From the NCBI GenBank assembly GCA_028716265.1, contig JAQUQD010000003.1, forward strand, positions 6,191-70,190: 64,000 bases of DNA, given 5' to 3'. Both the position numbers and the translations under genes were made by a program. The DNA is from Bacteroidales bacterium (GTDB lineage: Bacteria > Bacteroidota > Bacteroidia > Bacteroidales > JAGONC01). Below are positions 54,775 through 64,000 of the stretch, piece by piece; position 1 is the first letter of the stretch; every line of letters begins with the position of its first letter. A model generated the notes under the pieces. It was not told where the DNA came from. It saw only the letters and a list, made by a program, of their open reading frames with translations, and made no database searches.

Positions 54775-55905
54775 ATGGATTTCAGGATATTGAAGAAGGA
54801 CAGGGATTCGGCGGCTCGTGCCGGAGAGATCATGACCGGTCATGGAACCATCCGGACGCCGGTTTTCATGCCTGTAGGGACGGCAGGGACGGTAAAGGCT
54901 GTCCATTTCAGGGATCTCAGGGATGAAGTGGGTGCGCAGATCATTCTGGGGAACACCTACCACCTGTATCTCAGGCCCGGAACCGGGATCATTGAGTCCG
55001 CAGGGGGGCTGCACCGGTTCAACGGCTGGGACCGCCCTATCCTGACCGATAGCGGCGGGTACCAGGTGTACTCCCTTTCCGCCCAGCGTAAACTGATGAA
55101 GGACGGGGTGCATTTCCGCTCGCACATCGACGGCTCCAAACATCTGTTCACACCCGAGAAAGTCATTGACATTCAGCGTTCCATCGGTGCTGATATCATG
55201 ATGGCGCTGGATGAATGCACCCCCTACCCCTGCGAGTTCGTATACGCAATGAAATCCCTCGATCTGACCCATCACTGGCTCGACCGGTGCCTGGAGCATT
55301 TCGGTGCGACCAGTGAAAAGTATGGATACCCGCAGGCTCTCTTTCCGATTGTGCAGGGCAGCGTCTATAAGGAACTCCGGAAACGTTCGGCAGAGTACGT
55401 CACTTCAAAGAATGCCCCCGGAAACGCCATCGGAGGCCTGTCGGTGGGTGAACCCGCAGAGGTCATGTATGAAATTACCGGAGAGGTATGCCACATACTA
55501 CCCGCTGATAAACCCCGTTATCTGATGGGAGTGGGGACCCCTGTCAACATCCTTGAAAGCATCGCGCTGGGAATCGACATGTTCGACTGTGTGATCCCCA
55601 CCCGCAACGGGCGCAATGGCATGCTATTCACCCATGAGGGCATCATCAACATTAAAAACGAAAAATGGAAAGATGATTTTTCACCGCTGGACGGGCAAGG
55701 CACCTCTTTTATTGATCAGACCTGCTCAAGAGCTTATCTGCGCCACTTGTTCAGCTCAGGCGAGATGCTGGCGGCCATGATCGCCAGCCTTCACAACCTT
55801 GCTTTTTACATGAACCTCATGGAGCAGGCGCGCGTAAAGATCATGGATGGTACCTTTGCAGCCTGGAAGAACCAGGTTGTCCCGAAGCTCCAGGAACGAC
55901 TGTGA
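54775..55905 (+). CDS. tgt: tRNA-guanine(34) transglycosylase (queuine tRNA-ribosyltransferase)
   Basis: 376 aa. TPVFMPVGTAGTVK, LTDSGGYQV, GLSVGEP, and the zinc-site region CSRAYLRHL. Confidence 0.95.
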   Translation: MDFRILKKDRDSAARAGEIMTGHGTIRTPVFMPVGTAGTVKAVHFRDLRDEVGAQIILGNTYHLYLRPGTGIIESAGGLHRFNGWDRPILTDSGGYQVYSLSAQRKLMKDGVHFRSHIDGSKHLFTPEKVIDIQRSIGADIMMALDECTPYPCEFVYAMKSLDLTHHWLDRCLEHFGATSEKYGYPQALFPIVQGSVYKELRKRSAEYVTSKNAPGNAIGGLSVGEPAEVMYEITGEVCHILPADKPRYLMGVGTPVNILESIALGIDMFDCVIPTRNGRNGMLFTHEGIINIKNEKWKDDFSPLDGQGTSFIDQTCSRAYLRHLFSSGEMLAAMIASLHNLAFYMNLMEQARVKIMDGTFAAWKNQVVPKLQERL

Positions 55906-55942
55906 CAGAGGGAAGGGGTAGGAAAATAAATTTCGGCACCGG

Positions 55943-57019
55943 ATGAGAACGATCGATTATTATATCATCAAGAAATTCCTCGGCACATTCTTTTATGCCA
56001 TCGCATTGCTGATCGTGATCGTCATCGTTTTCGACCTTTCAGAAAAGATTGATAACTTCCTGAAGACCAAGCCTTCCGTATACGAGATCTTTTTTTCTTA
56101 CTACCTGAATTTCATTCCCTACTTCGTCAATCTGTTCGTCTATCTTTTCACGTTCATATCGGTCATATTCTTCACCTCCAAGATGGCCTCCAACACCGAG
56201 ATCATTGCCATCCTGAGCAACGGGATCAGCTTTGGACGCCTGCTCAGGCCTTATTTCATAGCTGCAGTGTTCCTGGCCCTGATGTCATTCGTCCTGGCCA
56301 ATTTTGTGATCCCGATCACCAACCGGAAGTTGCAGGCATTTGAAGACCGGTACCTTCATAATCCCCGATCCAACCGTGACACCGATATCCACATGAAGCT
56401 GGATCCGCAAACGTACACCTATGTGGAAAGCTTTAATGCCGCCAACAACATCGGCTATAAATTCTCACTGGAAAAGATCAGCGACAGCGGGCTCTACTAC
56501 AAGCTTACCTCTGAAAAAGTCCAGTGGGACAGTACATCCGGAGCATGGAAAGCCCAGAACTATTACCTCCGGGAATTCAAGGGGGAAGACCACATCATCG
56601 AAAAAGGAAAAGAAATCGACCTTGCCATCGGCCTGAAGCCGGAAGACTTCACGATTAAGAAGGATGATCTGAAAACCATGAATTTCATCCGGCTCAATGA
56701 GTTCATAAAAGAGGAAAGAATGAAGGGATCGAAGAACGTGAACACGTTTCTGATAGAGAAATACAAACGCGTGGCTGATCCGTTTGCCACGCTCATCCTT
56801 ACCTTCATCGGCGTGGCCGTGTCCAGCCGCAAGGTCAGGGGAGGGATCGGTATGCACCTTGGAATAGGGATCACCATAACCTTCGCCTACATCCTTTTCC
56901 TGCAGATCTCGACCGTGTTTGCCACCATGGGAAACCTTTCGCCCATAATTGCGGCTTGGATCCCCAATATCATCTTCGGGCTGATGGCTCTGTTCATGAT
57001 ACGGGTGGCGCCTAAATAA
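55943..57019 (+). CDS. LptF/LptG family LPS export permease
   Basis: 358 aa. MRTIDYYIIKKFLGTFFYAIALL is the typical YjgP/YjgQ N-terminus. 6 TM topology with a central periplasmic domain. Confidence 0.8.
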   Translation: MRTIDYYIIKKFLGTFFYAIALLIVIVIVFDLSEKIDNFLKTKPSVYEIFFSYYLNFIPYFVNLFVYLFTFISVIFFTSKMASNTEIIAILSNGISFGRLLRPYFIAAVFLALMSFVLANFVIPITNRKLQAFEDRYLHNPRSNRDTDIHMKLDPQTYTYVESFNAANNIGYKFSLEKISDSGLYYKLTSEKVQWDSTSGAWKAQNYYLREFKGEDHIIEKGKEIDLAIGLKPEDFTIKKDDLKTMNFIRLNEFIKEERMKGSKNVNTFLIEKYKRVADPFATLILTFIGVAVSSRKVRGGIGMHLGIGITITFAYILFLQISTVFATMGNLSPIIAAWIPNIIFGLMALFMIRVAPK

Positions 57020-57064
57020 ATCACTTGCATGAACTCCAGGGCAAGTACCAGGAAATTACCCTAA

Positions 57065-57118
57065 TACCCCTCCCCATCCCCTCCCCTGCTAGCAGGGGAG
57101 GGGTGCAGGGGTAGGGTA
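57065..57118. terminator. GC-only palindrome (26-nt perfect core 57078-57103) between convergent genes; G-quadruplex motifs on both strands
   Basis: cccctcccctgc-ta-gcaggggagggg is the perfect core. Outer imperfect arms are tacccc.../...ggggta. GGGGAGGGGTGCAGGGGTAGGG lies on the plus strand and GGGGAGGGGATGGGGAGGGG on the minus strand. Confidence 0.6.
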
Positions 57119-57128
57119 CATTAAATTC

Positions 57129-57950
57129 TCAACACACCCCCGTCCAGACAAAGCATCCGGGGAAAAGGGACGGATCGGGAGTGGAGGATTCAAACAGCCC
57201 GTAGACCGCAGACCCGCTCCCGGTCATGGAAGCATACACCGCGCCTGATGAAAGCAAAGTCTCCTTGATCGTTTGTATCTGTGCATGTTTCCGGAAAATG
57301 GATTCCTCGAAATCATTCACCAGCCGGGCCTGCCACTGATATAACGGCAGTGCAATGATCTCCTTCAGCGGTGTGGATTTAGATTTCGGAAGGATGCCGG
57401 CATATGCTTCCGCTGTACTGACCGAACATGGAGGTTTGACCAGCATGATCCGGAGCCCCGACAGATCAAGGTCAACCGGTTCGAGGCACTCGCCCCTTCC
57501 CGTACCCAGCATGGGCCGGTCATCCAGAAAAAAAGCGCAATCGCTGCCGACACCGACAGCAATCTGCAGCAACAGATCCCTGCCAGCGTTAAGATCAAAA
57601 AGAGCATTGAGTGTCTGGATCGTAAAGGCTGCATCAGAAGAACCTCCACCCAGACCGGCACCAGACGGTATCGTTTTATAGAGAAATATCCGGACGGGAG
57701 GAAGGCTGAAATGCATCGACATCATCCGGTATGCCTTCAGGCAGCTGTTGTCTTCCGGCGATCCCTCCATAGCCAGACCAGCTGTTTGAATGACGGTTTC
57801 CGGTCCCGTCCAGGGAATGATCTCCAACATGTCAGTCAGAGGTATGGGATAGAAGATGGTTTCAATCCGGTGATAGCCGTCCGGTCTTTTCTCCAGCACC
57901 GACAGGCCCAGGTTGATCTTGGCATTCGGGAACGTGACCATGGGGATCAA
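57129..57950 (-). CDS. ispE: 4-(cytidine 5'-diphospho)-2-C-methyl-D-erythritol kinase
   Basis: 273 aa. FPNAKINLGLSVLEKRPDGYHRIETIF and the GHMP motif IPSGAGLGGGSSDAA. Confidence 0.88.
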   Translation of the reverse strand: MIPMVTFPNAKINLGLSVLEKRPDGYHRIETIFYPIPLTDMLEIIPWTGPETVIQTAGLAMEGSPEDNSCLKAYRMMSMHFSLPPVRIFLYKTIPSGAGLGGGSSDAAFTIQTLNALFDLNAGRDLLLQIAVGVGSDCAFFLDDRPMLGTGRGECLEPVDLDLSGLRIMLVKPPCSVSTAEAYAGILPKSKSTPLKEIIALPLYQWQARLVNDFEESIFRKHAQIQTIKETLLSSGAVYASMTGSGSAVYGLFESSTPDPSLFPGCFVWTGVC

Positions 57951-58004
57951 CAGTCATACAATTTCTATCTGTAAATGTAGAAGTATTTTTTTAAAATTAA
58001 ATTG

Positions 58005-58012
58005 TACTTTTG
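58005..58012 (+). promoter_or_regulatory. candidate -7 box TACTTTTG upstream of the GH3-family gene
   Basis: Exact TAnnTTTG, 28 nt before ATG 58040. Confidence 0.4.
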
Positions 58013-58039
58013 GTTTATAATTGATGGCGGCATTTGCTG

Positions 58040-59554
58040 ATGACACTTTTATCTTCCATTTACAAAGGGTATGTTAGCAAAAGGATCCGGCGGATCCAAT
58101 TCTGCATGGACCATCCCCACCAGGTGCAGCAGGAATGGTTTCACAGGCTGCTTGCCACAGCGGAGAAGACGGAGTGGGGAAAAAAATATGGTTATTCATC
58201 AATAAAGGACCATAAGGAGTTCGCGGAGAGGGTCCCGGTGAGCGATTATGAATCGTTCAAGACACTCATTGCCAGGATCCGGAATGGCGAGCAAAATATC
58301 CTCTGGCCCTCCAGAATAAACTGGTTTGCCCGTTCATCCGGCACCACGGGGGATAAAAGCAAGTTCATCCCCATTAGCAGAGAATCCCTGCAGGAATGCC
58401 ATTACAATGGCGCCAAGGACCTGATTTCCCTTTACTGCCACCATCACCCCGCCACCAGGTTCTTTACCGGCAAGGGACTGATCATGGGCGGAAGCCATCA
58501 CGCCAGCAAAGTGAACCACAAATCGTATTATGAAGGTGATCTTTCAGCCGTTTTGATCGAGAACCTGCCGTTAATTGCTGATATCCTCCGCGTGCCTGGC
58601 CGCTCCATTGCCCTGATGAGCGAATGGGAATCAAAAATTCAAAGGATCGCTGAAAGCACCATCCATAAGAACGTGACCAGTCTCTCGGGAGTTCCCTCCT
58701 GGACCCTTCTGCTCCTCAAACGCATCCTGGAGATGACCGGCAAGCCTACCATCAGGGAAGTCTGGCCCAGCCTGGAAGTATTCTTCCACGGTGGGGTTAA
58801 TTTCCTTCCCTATAAAGACCAGTTTAACAAGATCATCCCTCCTGAGGGAATGAATTACGTTGAAACCTACAATGCCTCGGAGGGATTCTTTGGCATACAG
58901 GACCTTCCCGAAAACAACTCCATGCTGCTGATGCTCGATCACGGAATCTTCTATGAGTTCTGCCCGCCAGACCAACTGGGGAAGGATCACCCGCGGGTCA
59001 AAACGCTTGACGAGGTATCGGAAGGTGAAAATTATGCCATGATCATCTCCACCAACGCCGGGCTGTGGCGCTATATGATCGGCGACACGATCATCTTCAC
59101 ATCGCTGGATCCGTACCGCATCCAGATCTCCGGACGTACAAAAAGCTTTATTAATGTAGTAGGCGAAGAACTGATCGTGGATAATGCCGAAAAGGCCATT
59201 TCAATCGCCTGCCAGCGAAGCCATGCTGTCATTAATGAATATACGGCCGCCCCGGTGTTTTTCAGCGATTCGGAAAATGCAGCCCATGAATGGCTCATCG
59301 AGTTCGAAAAACCTCCGGCCGATATAAGGGAATTCTGCATCCTGTTCGATGAAGCACTCAAATCCCTGAACTCTGACTATGAGGCTAAACGCCACCAGGA
59401 TATGGTACTCCGCATGCCCATCATCCGGATATTGCCTTCGGGCACTTTTTACCGGTGGATGAAACAAAAAGGGAAACTGGGCGGCCAGAATAAAGTTCCC
59501 CGTCTGGCGAATAACCGCATGTATGTGGAAGAGATCCTGCAAATCCTGGAATAA
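58040..59554 (+). CDS. GH3 auxin-responsive-promoter family (acyl-adenylate-forming) protein
   Basis: About 504 aa. FARSSGTTGDKSKFIP adenylation motif and YNASEGFFG. A common Bacteroidota GH3-like protein. ATG 58040 preferred over TTG 58034. Confidence 0.8.
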   Translation: MTLLSSIYKGYVSKRIRRIQFCMDHPHQVQQEWFHRLLATAEKTEWGKKYGYSSIKDHKEFAERVPVSDYESFKTLIARIRNGEQNILWPSRINWFARSSGTTGDKSKFIPISRESLQECHYNGAKDLISLYCHHHPATRFFTGKGLIMGGSHHASKVNHKSYYEGDLSAVLIENLPLIADILRVPGRSIALMSEWESKIQRIAESTIHKNVTSLSGVPSWTLLLLKRILEMTGKPTIREVWPSLEVFFHGGVNFLPYKDQFNKIIPPEGMNYVETYNASEGFFGIQDLPENNSMLLMLDHGIFYEFCPPDQLGKDHPRVKTLDEVSEGENYAMIISTNAGLWRYMIGDTIIFTSLDPYRIQISGRTKSFINVVGEELIVDNAEKAISIACQRSHAVINEYTAAPVFFSDSENAAHEWLIEFEKPPADIREFCILFDEALKSLNSDYEAKRHQDMVLRMPIIRILPSGTFYRWMKQKGKLGGQNKVPRLANNRMYVEEILQILE

Positions 59555-59590
59555 TAGTGTATCCTGAGTCCCCTATTCTCTTTGAATGGT

Positions 59591-59598
59591 TATCTTTG
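59591..59598 (+). promoter_or_regulatory. candidate -7 box TATCTTTG upstream of the deoxynucleoside kinase gene
   Basis: Exact TAnnTTTG, 22 nt before ATG 59621. Confidence 0.4.
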
Positions 59599-59620
59599 AC
59601 AAGTAAATAAAACAACACCT

Positions 59621-60241
59621 ATGCACATCGCAGTCGCCGGTAATATCGGGTCAGGCAAGACCACCCTCACCAGTCTTTTAGCCAAGAATTTCGGATGGGA
59701 AGCTCATTATGAGGACGTTGAGTCCAATCCCTACCTGAATAGTTTCTATGAGGACATGCAGCGCTGGTCGTTCAACCTGCAGATCTATTTTCTGAACAGC
59801 CGGTTCCGGCAAATCATCCGGATCCGGAAGAGCGGCAAAGCGGTCATACAGGACCGCACCATCTATGAGGATGCCCATATCTTTGCCCCTAACCTTCACG
59901 AGATGAATCTGATGACAACGCGCGATTACCAGAACTACCGCGATCTGTTTGAACTGATGAGCTCCTTCATACAGCCGCCCGATCTGCTTATCTACCTCCG
60001 TGCTTCGGTGCCCACACTGGTCAGGCAGATCCAGAAAAGAGGAAGGGAATATGAAGCTGCCATCCGGCTGGATTACCTCAAAAGGCTGAATGAGCGCTAC
60101 GAGGCATGGATCTCGCAGTACGACATCGGGAAATTCCTCATTTTCGATGTAGATTCGATCAACTTTGCCGAAAATGCCCACGATCTGGGGATGGTGATTG
60201 AAACCATCAATGCTGAACTTCACGGACTGTTCAAACAGTAG
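59621..60241 (+). CDS. deoxynucleoside kinase
   Basis: 206 aa. IAVAGNIGSGKTTL, SNPYLNSFYEDMQRWSFNLQIYFLNSRF, and DRTIYED. Confidence 0.85.
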   Translation: MHIAVAGNIGSGKTTLTSLLAKNFGWEAHYEDVESNPYLNSFYEDMQRWSFNLQIYFLNSRFRQIIRIRKSGKAVIQDRTIYEDAHIFAPNLHEMNLMTTRDYQNYRDLFELMSSFIQPPDLLIYLRASVPTLVRQIQKRGREYEAAIRLDYLKRLNERYEAWISQYDIGKFLIFDVDSINFAENAHDLGMVIETINAELHGLFKQ

Positions 60242-60244
60242 CCC

Positions 60245-61036
60245 ATGTCTTCCTCCGGTGCCATAGGGATCATTCCCGCCCGTTTTGCGTCCACCCGCTT
60301 TCCGGGCAAACCACTTGCCATGATCTCCGGGAAGACCATGATACAACGGGTGTATGAACAGGCGGCAAAAGCGCGCAGCCTGGGATGTGTCGCGGTGGCG
60401 ACGGACGACCGCCGGATATTCGACCATGTCACCGGCTTCGGAGGGAGAGCGCTGATGACCTCTCCGCTGCACCAGAGCGGTACCGACCGCTGCCAGGAGG
60501 CGGTGAAGATACTCCGGGAGTCAGGTATGATGGATCCCGGATCAGGGATCGTGATCAACATACAGGGTGATGAACCGTTTCTGGATCCTGGTCAGATCGA
60601 CCGGGTGGCGTCGCTTTTTGACCGTCATGAAGTGAATATCGCCACGCTGGCATGCAGGATCCACTGCAGTGAAGATCTTGAAAATCCGAATATCGTCAAG
60701 GTCGTTTTTGACAAAAACTTCAAAGTGCTTGTCTTCTCAAGGGCTGTCATCCCCTATCAGCGAAATGTAGCTTCCGGGAACTGGCTGGATCGTCATCCCT
60801 ATTACAAACATATCGGCCTGTATGGATTTCGCCTGACTGCCCTCCAGCAGATCACCGCACTTGTAGCCTCCCCGCTGGAAATGGCGGAATCACTTGAGCA
60901 GCTTCGCTGGTTGGAGAATGGCTGGAATATATACATTGGCATTACCGACACGGAAAGTGTGGCGATCGATACACCGGAGGATTTATCAAAACTTTCCAAC
61001 ACACAAGGTCCGGATGACCATCCTTATGTAATTTAG
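60245..61036 (+). CDS. kdsB: 3-deoxy-manno-octulosonate cytidylyltransferase
   Basis: 263 aa. IIPARFASTRFPGKPL, ATDD, SGTDR, and NIQGDEP. Confidence 0.9.
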   Translation: MSSSGAIGIIPARFASTRFPGKPLAMISGKTMIQRVYEQAAKARSLGCVAVATDDRRIFDHVTGFGGRALMTSPLHQSGTDRCQEAVKILRESGMMDPGSGIVINIQGDEPFLDPGQIDRVASLFDRHEVNIATLACRIHCSEDLENPNIVKVVFDKNFKVLVFSRAVIPYQRNVASGNWLDRHPYYKHIGLYGFRLTALQQITALVASPLEMAESLEQLRWLENGWNIYIGITDTESVAIDTPEDLSKLSNTQGPDDHPYVI

Positions 61037-61067
61037 CCGAATAAACGATGCAGTAAGATCCATTCCC

Positions 61068-62078
61068 ATGAAAACAATTGACGGATATATCAGTGATTTG
61101 CTCTTTAAGCATGATTGTGTCATCCTGCCTGAATTTGGCGGATTTGTAGCAAGCTATGCACCGGCCGTTCTCAGTCCTACAAAGCATACTCTCTATCCAC
61201 CCTCAAAGGATATCCTTTTTAACGCACGACTGCTGAAGAACGATGGCCTGCTGGCCAACCATATCGCTGAACAGGAACAGATCAGCTATTCCGAAGCGAT
61301 GAATCGCCTCAGGGAGTTCACCGCTCAGTGCATGTCATCCCTTCAGGGCAGAGAGACATTGGTTTTTCACAATATCGGCTCTTTTCTTATCAACCGTGAA
61401 GGAAAGATCGAGTTCACTCCCTCTGCCGAAATCAATTACCTGGAAGATGCTTACGGGCTAACCAGCCTAGTCTCCCCTCCCCTTCACGGAAAACACAGAA
61501 AAATACGGCAGGCAGCGGATGTAAAAAAGAAGGTCACGCGAAGGTCACCTGGTAAAAAAAACGCTGTCCCGTATCTTGTCCTTGCAGCCATCTTTCTTGC
61601 GGCAACAGCCCTGTGGGGATATCACCACTCCCCGCTACTGAAAGATATCTACACGAACTACTCCGGCATCATCCCGCTCATCAGGGCCACCCGTCCGCCG
61701 GTGCCAGTGGTCGTTGTCAATGAGCCGGTCAGTCAAGTCACCGAAGAAACAATCACACCTGTGGTGCAACCCAGTGCCGTACCTGAAGAACCCAAAAAAG
61801 AACAGGTGGCTGAAGTAACAACAGCAGAACCTGTGCCTCCGGCAGTTGCAACGGTGTCATACTATATCATCGCCGGTGCCTTTCAGGATCCGGAAAATGC
61901 TGCCTCCCTGATCGCGAAGCTTCGCAACAGCGGATACGATGCCCGGATGGCAGGGCAAACAAAAGGTGGTCTTTTCCGCGTGAGTTACGGACAATACTCG
62001 GACAGAAAGCAGGCCCTTCAGAACCTGGAAAAGATCCAGCAGAGTGTAAATCCAGATGCATGGCTGTTCGTGAAATGA
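61068..62078 (+). CDS. HU-like N-terminal domain / SPOR C-terminal domain protein
   Basis: 336 aa. N-terminus LLFKHDCVILPEFGGFVASY, central TM helix, and the C-terminal SPOR-like YYIIAGAFQDPENAASLIAKLRNSGYDARM...FRVSYGQY. Confidence 0.7.
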   Translation: MKTIDGYISDLLFKHDCVILPEFGGFVASYAPAVLSPTKHTLYPPSKDILFNARLLKNDGLLANHIAEQEQISYSEAMNRLREFTAQCMSSLQGRETLVFHNIGSFLINREGKIEFTPSAEINYLEDAYGLTSLVSPPLHGKHRKIRQAADVKKKVTRRSPGKKNAVPYLVLAAIFLAATALWGYHHSPLLKDIYTNYSGIIPLIRATRPPVPVVVVNEPVSQVTEETITPVVQPSAVPEEPKKEQVAEVTTAEPVPPAVATVSYYIIAGAFQDPENAASLIAKLRNSGYDARMAGQTKGGLFRVSYGQYSDRKQALQNLEKIQQSVNPDAWLFVK

Positions 62079-62103
62079 TCGCGAATAATCAGACCAGGTA
62101 AAC

Positions 62104-62769
62104 GTGGCAAAGAAAAAGCGGATACGTTTCTCGGAGAACGATACTTTTCCGAACCTTTTTCAACCTCCCTTCCATATGTTGATGACCGATGGTTTTCCCC
62201 TGAAAGGGAGATGGAATCCTGACTTCTTCAGAAATGACGCACCGATCGTTGTCGAACTGGGTTGCGGCAAGGGAGAATACACCGTCGGGCTTGCTGAACA
62301 GACGCCAGAGAAAAACTATATCGGCATCGACATCAAGGGGGCAAGGATGTGGAAAGGGCTGAAAACTGCCCATGAAGCCGGATTCCTGCATGTTGCATTC
62401 ATCCGGTCGCATATCGAACAGATCGGGCAACTTTTTGGTCCCGGTGAGATCGACGAGCTCTGGATCACCTTCCCCGATCCCCAGTCCAAACCGTCAAAAG
62501 CCAGAAAAAGGCTTACCTCCCCTCCTTTCCTGCAACGGTACCATCCCCTGCTGAAGGAAGATCATCTCATACATCTGAAAACAGATGATATCGGACTGTT
62601 TGAATATACACTGGAGGTCATTGCCGCAGGGAATCACCAGCTCCTTTACCGTACCTTTGATCTGTACGGGGCAGGGCTGAAGGAGGCAGCCGCAGAAATC
62701 CAGACCTTCTATGAAAAGATGTGGCTGGAAAAGGGTAAACCGATTTGCTATCTGCGTTTCCGATTATGA
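62104..62769 (+). CDS. trmB: tRNA (guanine46-N7)-methyltransferase
   Basis: 221 aa from GTG 62104. VVELGCGKGEYT, IGIDIKGAR, and ITFPDPQ. Confidence 0.85.
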   Translation: MAKKKRIRFSENDTFPNLFQPPFHMLMTDGFPLKGRWNPDFFRNDAPIVVELGCGKGEYTVGLAEQTPEKNYIGIDIKGARMWKGLKTAHEAGFLHVAFIRSHIEQIGQLFGPGEIDELWITFPDPQSKPSKARKRLTSPPFLQRYHPLLKEDHLIHLKTDDIGLFEYTLEVIAAGNHQLLYRTFDLYGAGLKEAAAEIQTFYEKMWLEKGKPICYLRFRL

Positions 62770-63131
62770 AACATGACCAGAAAACAAATCCAGGGAAAGG
62801 AATGGAAGGCCTGTCCTTTTTTGAGAAGGTGTATGCTGTCGTCAGGGAGATCCCCTACGGGCGGGTCACATCCTACCGTGCCATAGCGCGCTACCTGGGC
62901 TCCGAGGGATCCGCCAGGATGGTGGGATGGGCCATGAATCAGTCTCATAATGCAACCGTTGACATCCCGGCACACCGCGTGGTGAACCGGATCGGACTGC
63001 TGACCGGTAAACACCATTTCGGAGGCCCTCAGGTAATGCAACAACTGCTTGAAAATGAAGGAATTATAATCATCGGTGATCAGATAATCAATTTTGAAGA
63101 ACGATTCTGGGATCCGTCCAAAGAGCTTTAA
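62766..63131 (+). CDS. MGMT-family (methylated-DNA--protein-cysteine methyltransferase DNA-binding domain) protein
   Basis: ATG 62766 overlaps the trmB stop (ATGA). FEKVYAVVREIPYGRVTSYRAIA and PAHRVVN. The canonical PCHRV cysteine is replaced by Ala (PAHRV), so it is probably an alkyltransferase-like protein. Confidence 0.75.
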   Translation: MKHDQKTNPGKGMEGLSFFEKVYAVVREIPYGRVTSYRAIARYLGSEGSARMVGWAMNQSHNATVDIPAHRVVNRIGLLTGKHHFGGPQVMQQLLENEGIIIIGDQIINFEERFWDPSKEL

Positions 63132-63169
63132 CGGCAACCTACCTCCGCATGAGGCTGTAGCATAACTAC

Positions 63170-63191
63170 TTAACCACAAAGGAGAGGTTAA
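63170..63191 (+). repeat. short member of the TTAACCAC-headed repeat family, hairpin-capable
   Basis: ttaaccacaaaggagaggttaa has the same head as 43666 (ttaaccacgaag). The termini ttaacc/ggttaa are inverted. Confidence 0.5.
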
Positions 63192-63274
63192 AAGAAATAA
63201 CCATATTGAACTGCAAAGCCCCGGAGGAATTCAGGGTATACCGGCTAAAACATTTTCCTCCTGGTATTTGTTTG

Positions 63275-63282
63275 TATATTTG
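63275..63282 (+). promoter_or_regulatory. candidate -7 box TATATTTG upstream of the E1 dehydrogenase gene
   Basis: Exact TAnnTTTG, 33 nt before GTG 63315. Confidence 0.4.
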
Positions 63283-63314
63283 CATAAATCAGTATAACAA
63301 ACCTCTTTAAACAC

Positions 63315-64000
63315 GTGGAAAGCTGGAATATCTTAGAAGCTGAGGGAAAAGGGAAGTTTACGATCAATAATACAGACAGGGAGGTCCTTCAAAACTGGTT
63401 TCGTTTGATGACCATCAGCCGGATGCTTGACGACCGAGCACCCAATTATCTCAAGCAGGCCCTGGGGTGGTCATACCATGCTCCCTATGCAGGGCATGAC
63501 GGGATTCAGCTCGCCATAGGGCAGGTCTTTGACCGGAAGACCGACCACCTGTTTCCATATTACCGCGACATGCTAACCGCCGTCTCTGCCGGGCTGACAG
63601 CTGAGGAGATCATTCTGAACGGCCTTTCCAAAAAAATGGATATTGCCGGCGGAGGACGGCACATGTCGAATCATTTTGCCAAACCGGAATGGAACATACA
63701 CAATGTATCCTCCTGTACGGGCAATCACACCTCTCAGGCAGCAGGGGTCGCCCGCGCCATGAAATACTACCGGCAGAAGGGAGTGGCCATTTCTTCCCAG
63801 GGAGAATCCTCCGTATCGGAAGGATATGTCTATGAAGCCATCAATGGCGCCTCCAACGAAAAGCTTCCGGTTATCTTCGTGATCCAGGACAATGGTTATG
63901 GAATTTCGGTACCCAAAGCCGAACAAACAGCCAACCGTAAAGTGGCAGACAATTTCTCTGGATTCCTTAACCTGAAGGTCATCTATTGTAACGGCAAGGA
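63315..64000 (+). CDS. TPP-dependent 2-oxoacid dehydrogenase E1 component (alpha part), 5-prime partial; continues past the right window edge
   Basis: Absent from the ORF track because it is open at the edge. Own translation: (V)ESWNILEAEGKGKFTINNTDREVLQNWFRLMTISRMLDDRAPNYLKQALGWSYHAPYAGHDGIQLAIGQVF...YYRDMLT...GGGRHMSNHF...HTSQAAGVARAMKY...SSQGESSVSEGYVYEAINGAS..LPVIFVIQDNGYGISVP. The in-frame stop at 63285-63287 limits the start. GTG 63315 is the first candidate start. Confidence 0.8.
   Translation, partial: MESWNILEAEGKGKFTINNTDREVLQNWFRLMTISRMLDDRAPNYLKQALGWSYHAPYAGHDGIQLAIGQVFDRKTDHLFPYYRDMLTAVSAGLTAEEIILNGLSKKMDIAGGGRHMSNHFAKPEWNIHNVSSCTGNHTSQAAGVARAMKYYRQKGVAISSQGESSVSEGYVYEAINGASNEKLPVIFVIQDNGYGISVPKAEQTANRKVADNFSGFLNLKVIYCNGK

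Overview
The window looks like chromosomal DNA from a Bacteroidota member. Support: T9SS C-terminal sorting domains, a GldA-like ABC ATPase, many TAnnTTTG -7 promoter boxes, and Bacteroidota-type dcw gene order. It is probably an anaerobe, since PFOR and a NapH/NapG-like polyferredoxin are present. Most of the window is core genome. It holds a complete dcw cluster mraZ-rsmH-ftsL-ftsI-murE-mraY-murD-ftsW-murG-murC-ftsQ-ftsA-ftsZ (14.4-29.9 kb), then tsf-rpsB and rpsI-rplM, mutS2, an acyl-CoA carboxyltransferase with a biotin carrier, engB, a putative glycine-lipid acyltransferase pair, metK, hutU, tgt, lptF/G, ispE, kdsB and trmB. Two genes run off the window edges and are missing from the ORF track: PFOR at 1-1584 (-) and a TPP-dependent E1 dehydrogenase at 63315-64000 (+). 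No rRNA, tRNA, CRISPR array, transposase or integrase was found. The main finding is a T9SS-cargo thioredoxin-like gene (36900-38564) whose only defect is an in-frame TGA at codon 37. That codon aligns exactly with the first Cys of the TWCQFCPG motif in the tandem paralog next door, and a SECIS-like hairpin follows it. This makes it a candidate secreted UxxC selenoprotein that the ORF track truncates. Secondary observations: a family of heptanucleotide (7-nt period) tandem tracts with different motifs, in intergenic regions and in-frame inside mutS2; CACAGAGG-type repeat tracts next to a decayed GxxExxY gene; a four-repeat MraZ operator with exact 10-bp phasing; a GC-only palindrome with G-quadruplex motifs on both strands; a small secreted protein made of five 20-aa repeats; and a fused NapH/NapG-like polyferredoxin operon with a Tat-exported DUF362 protein. 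All protein family calls come from reading the translations and from recalled family motifs. No database search was run.
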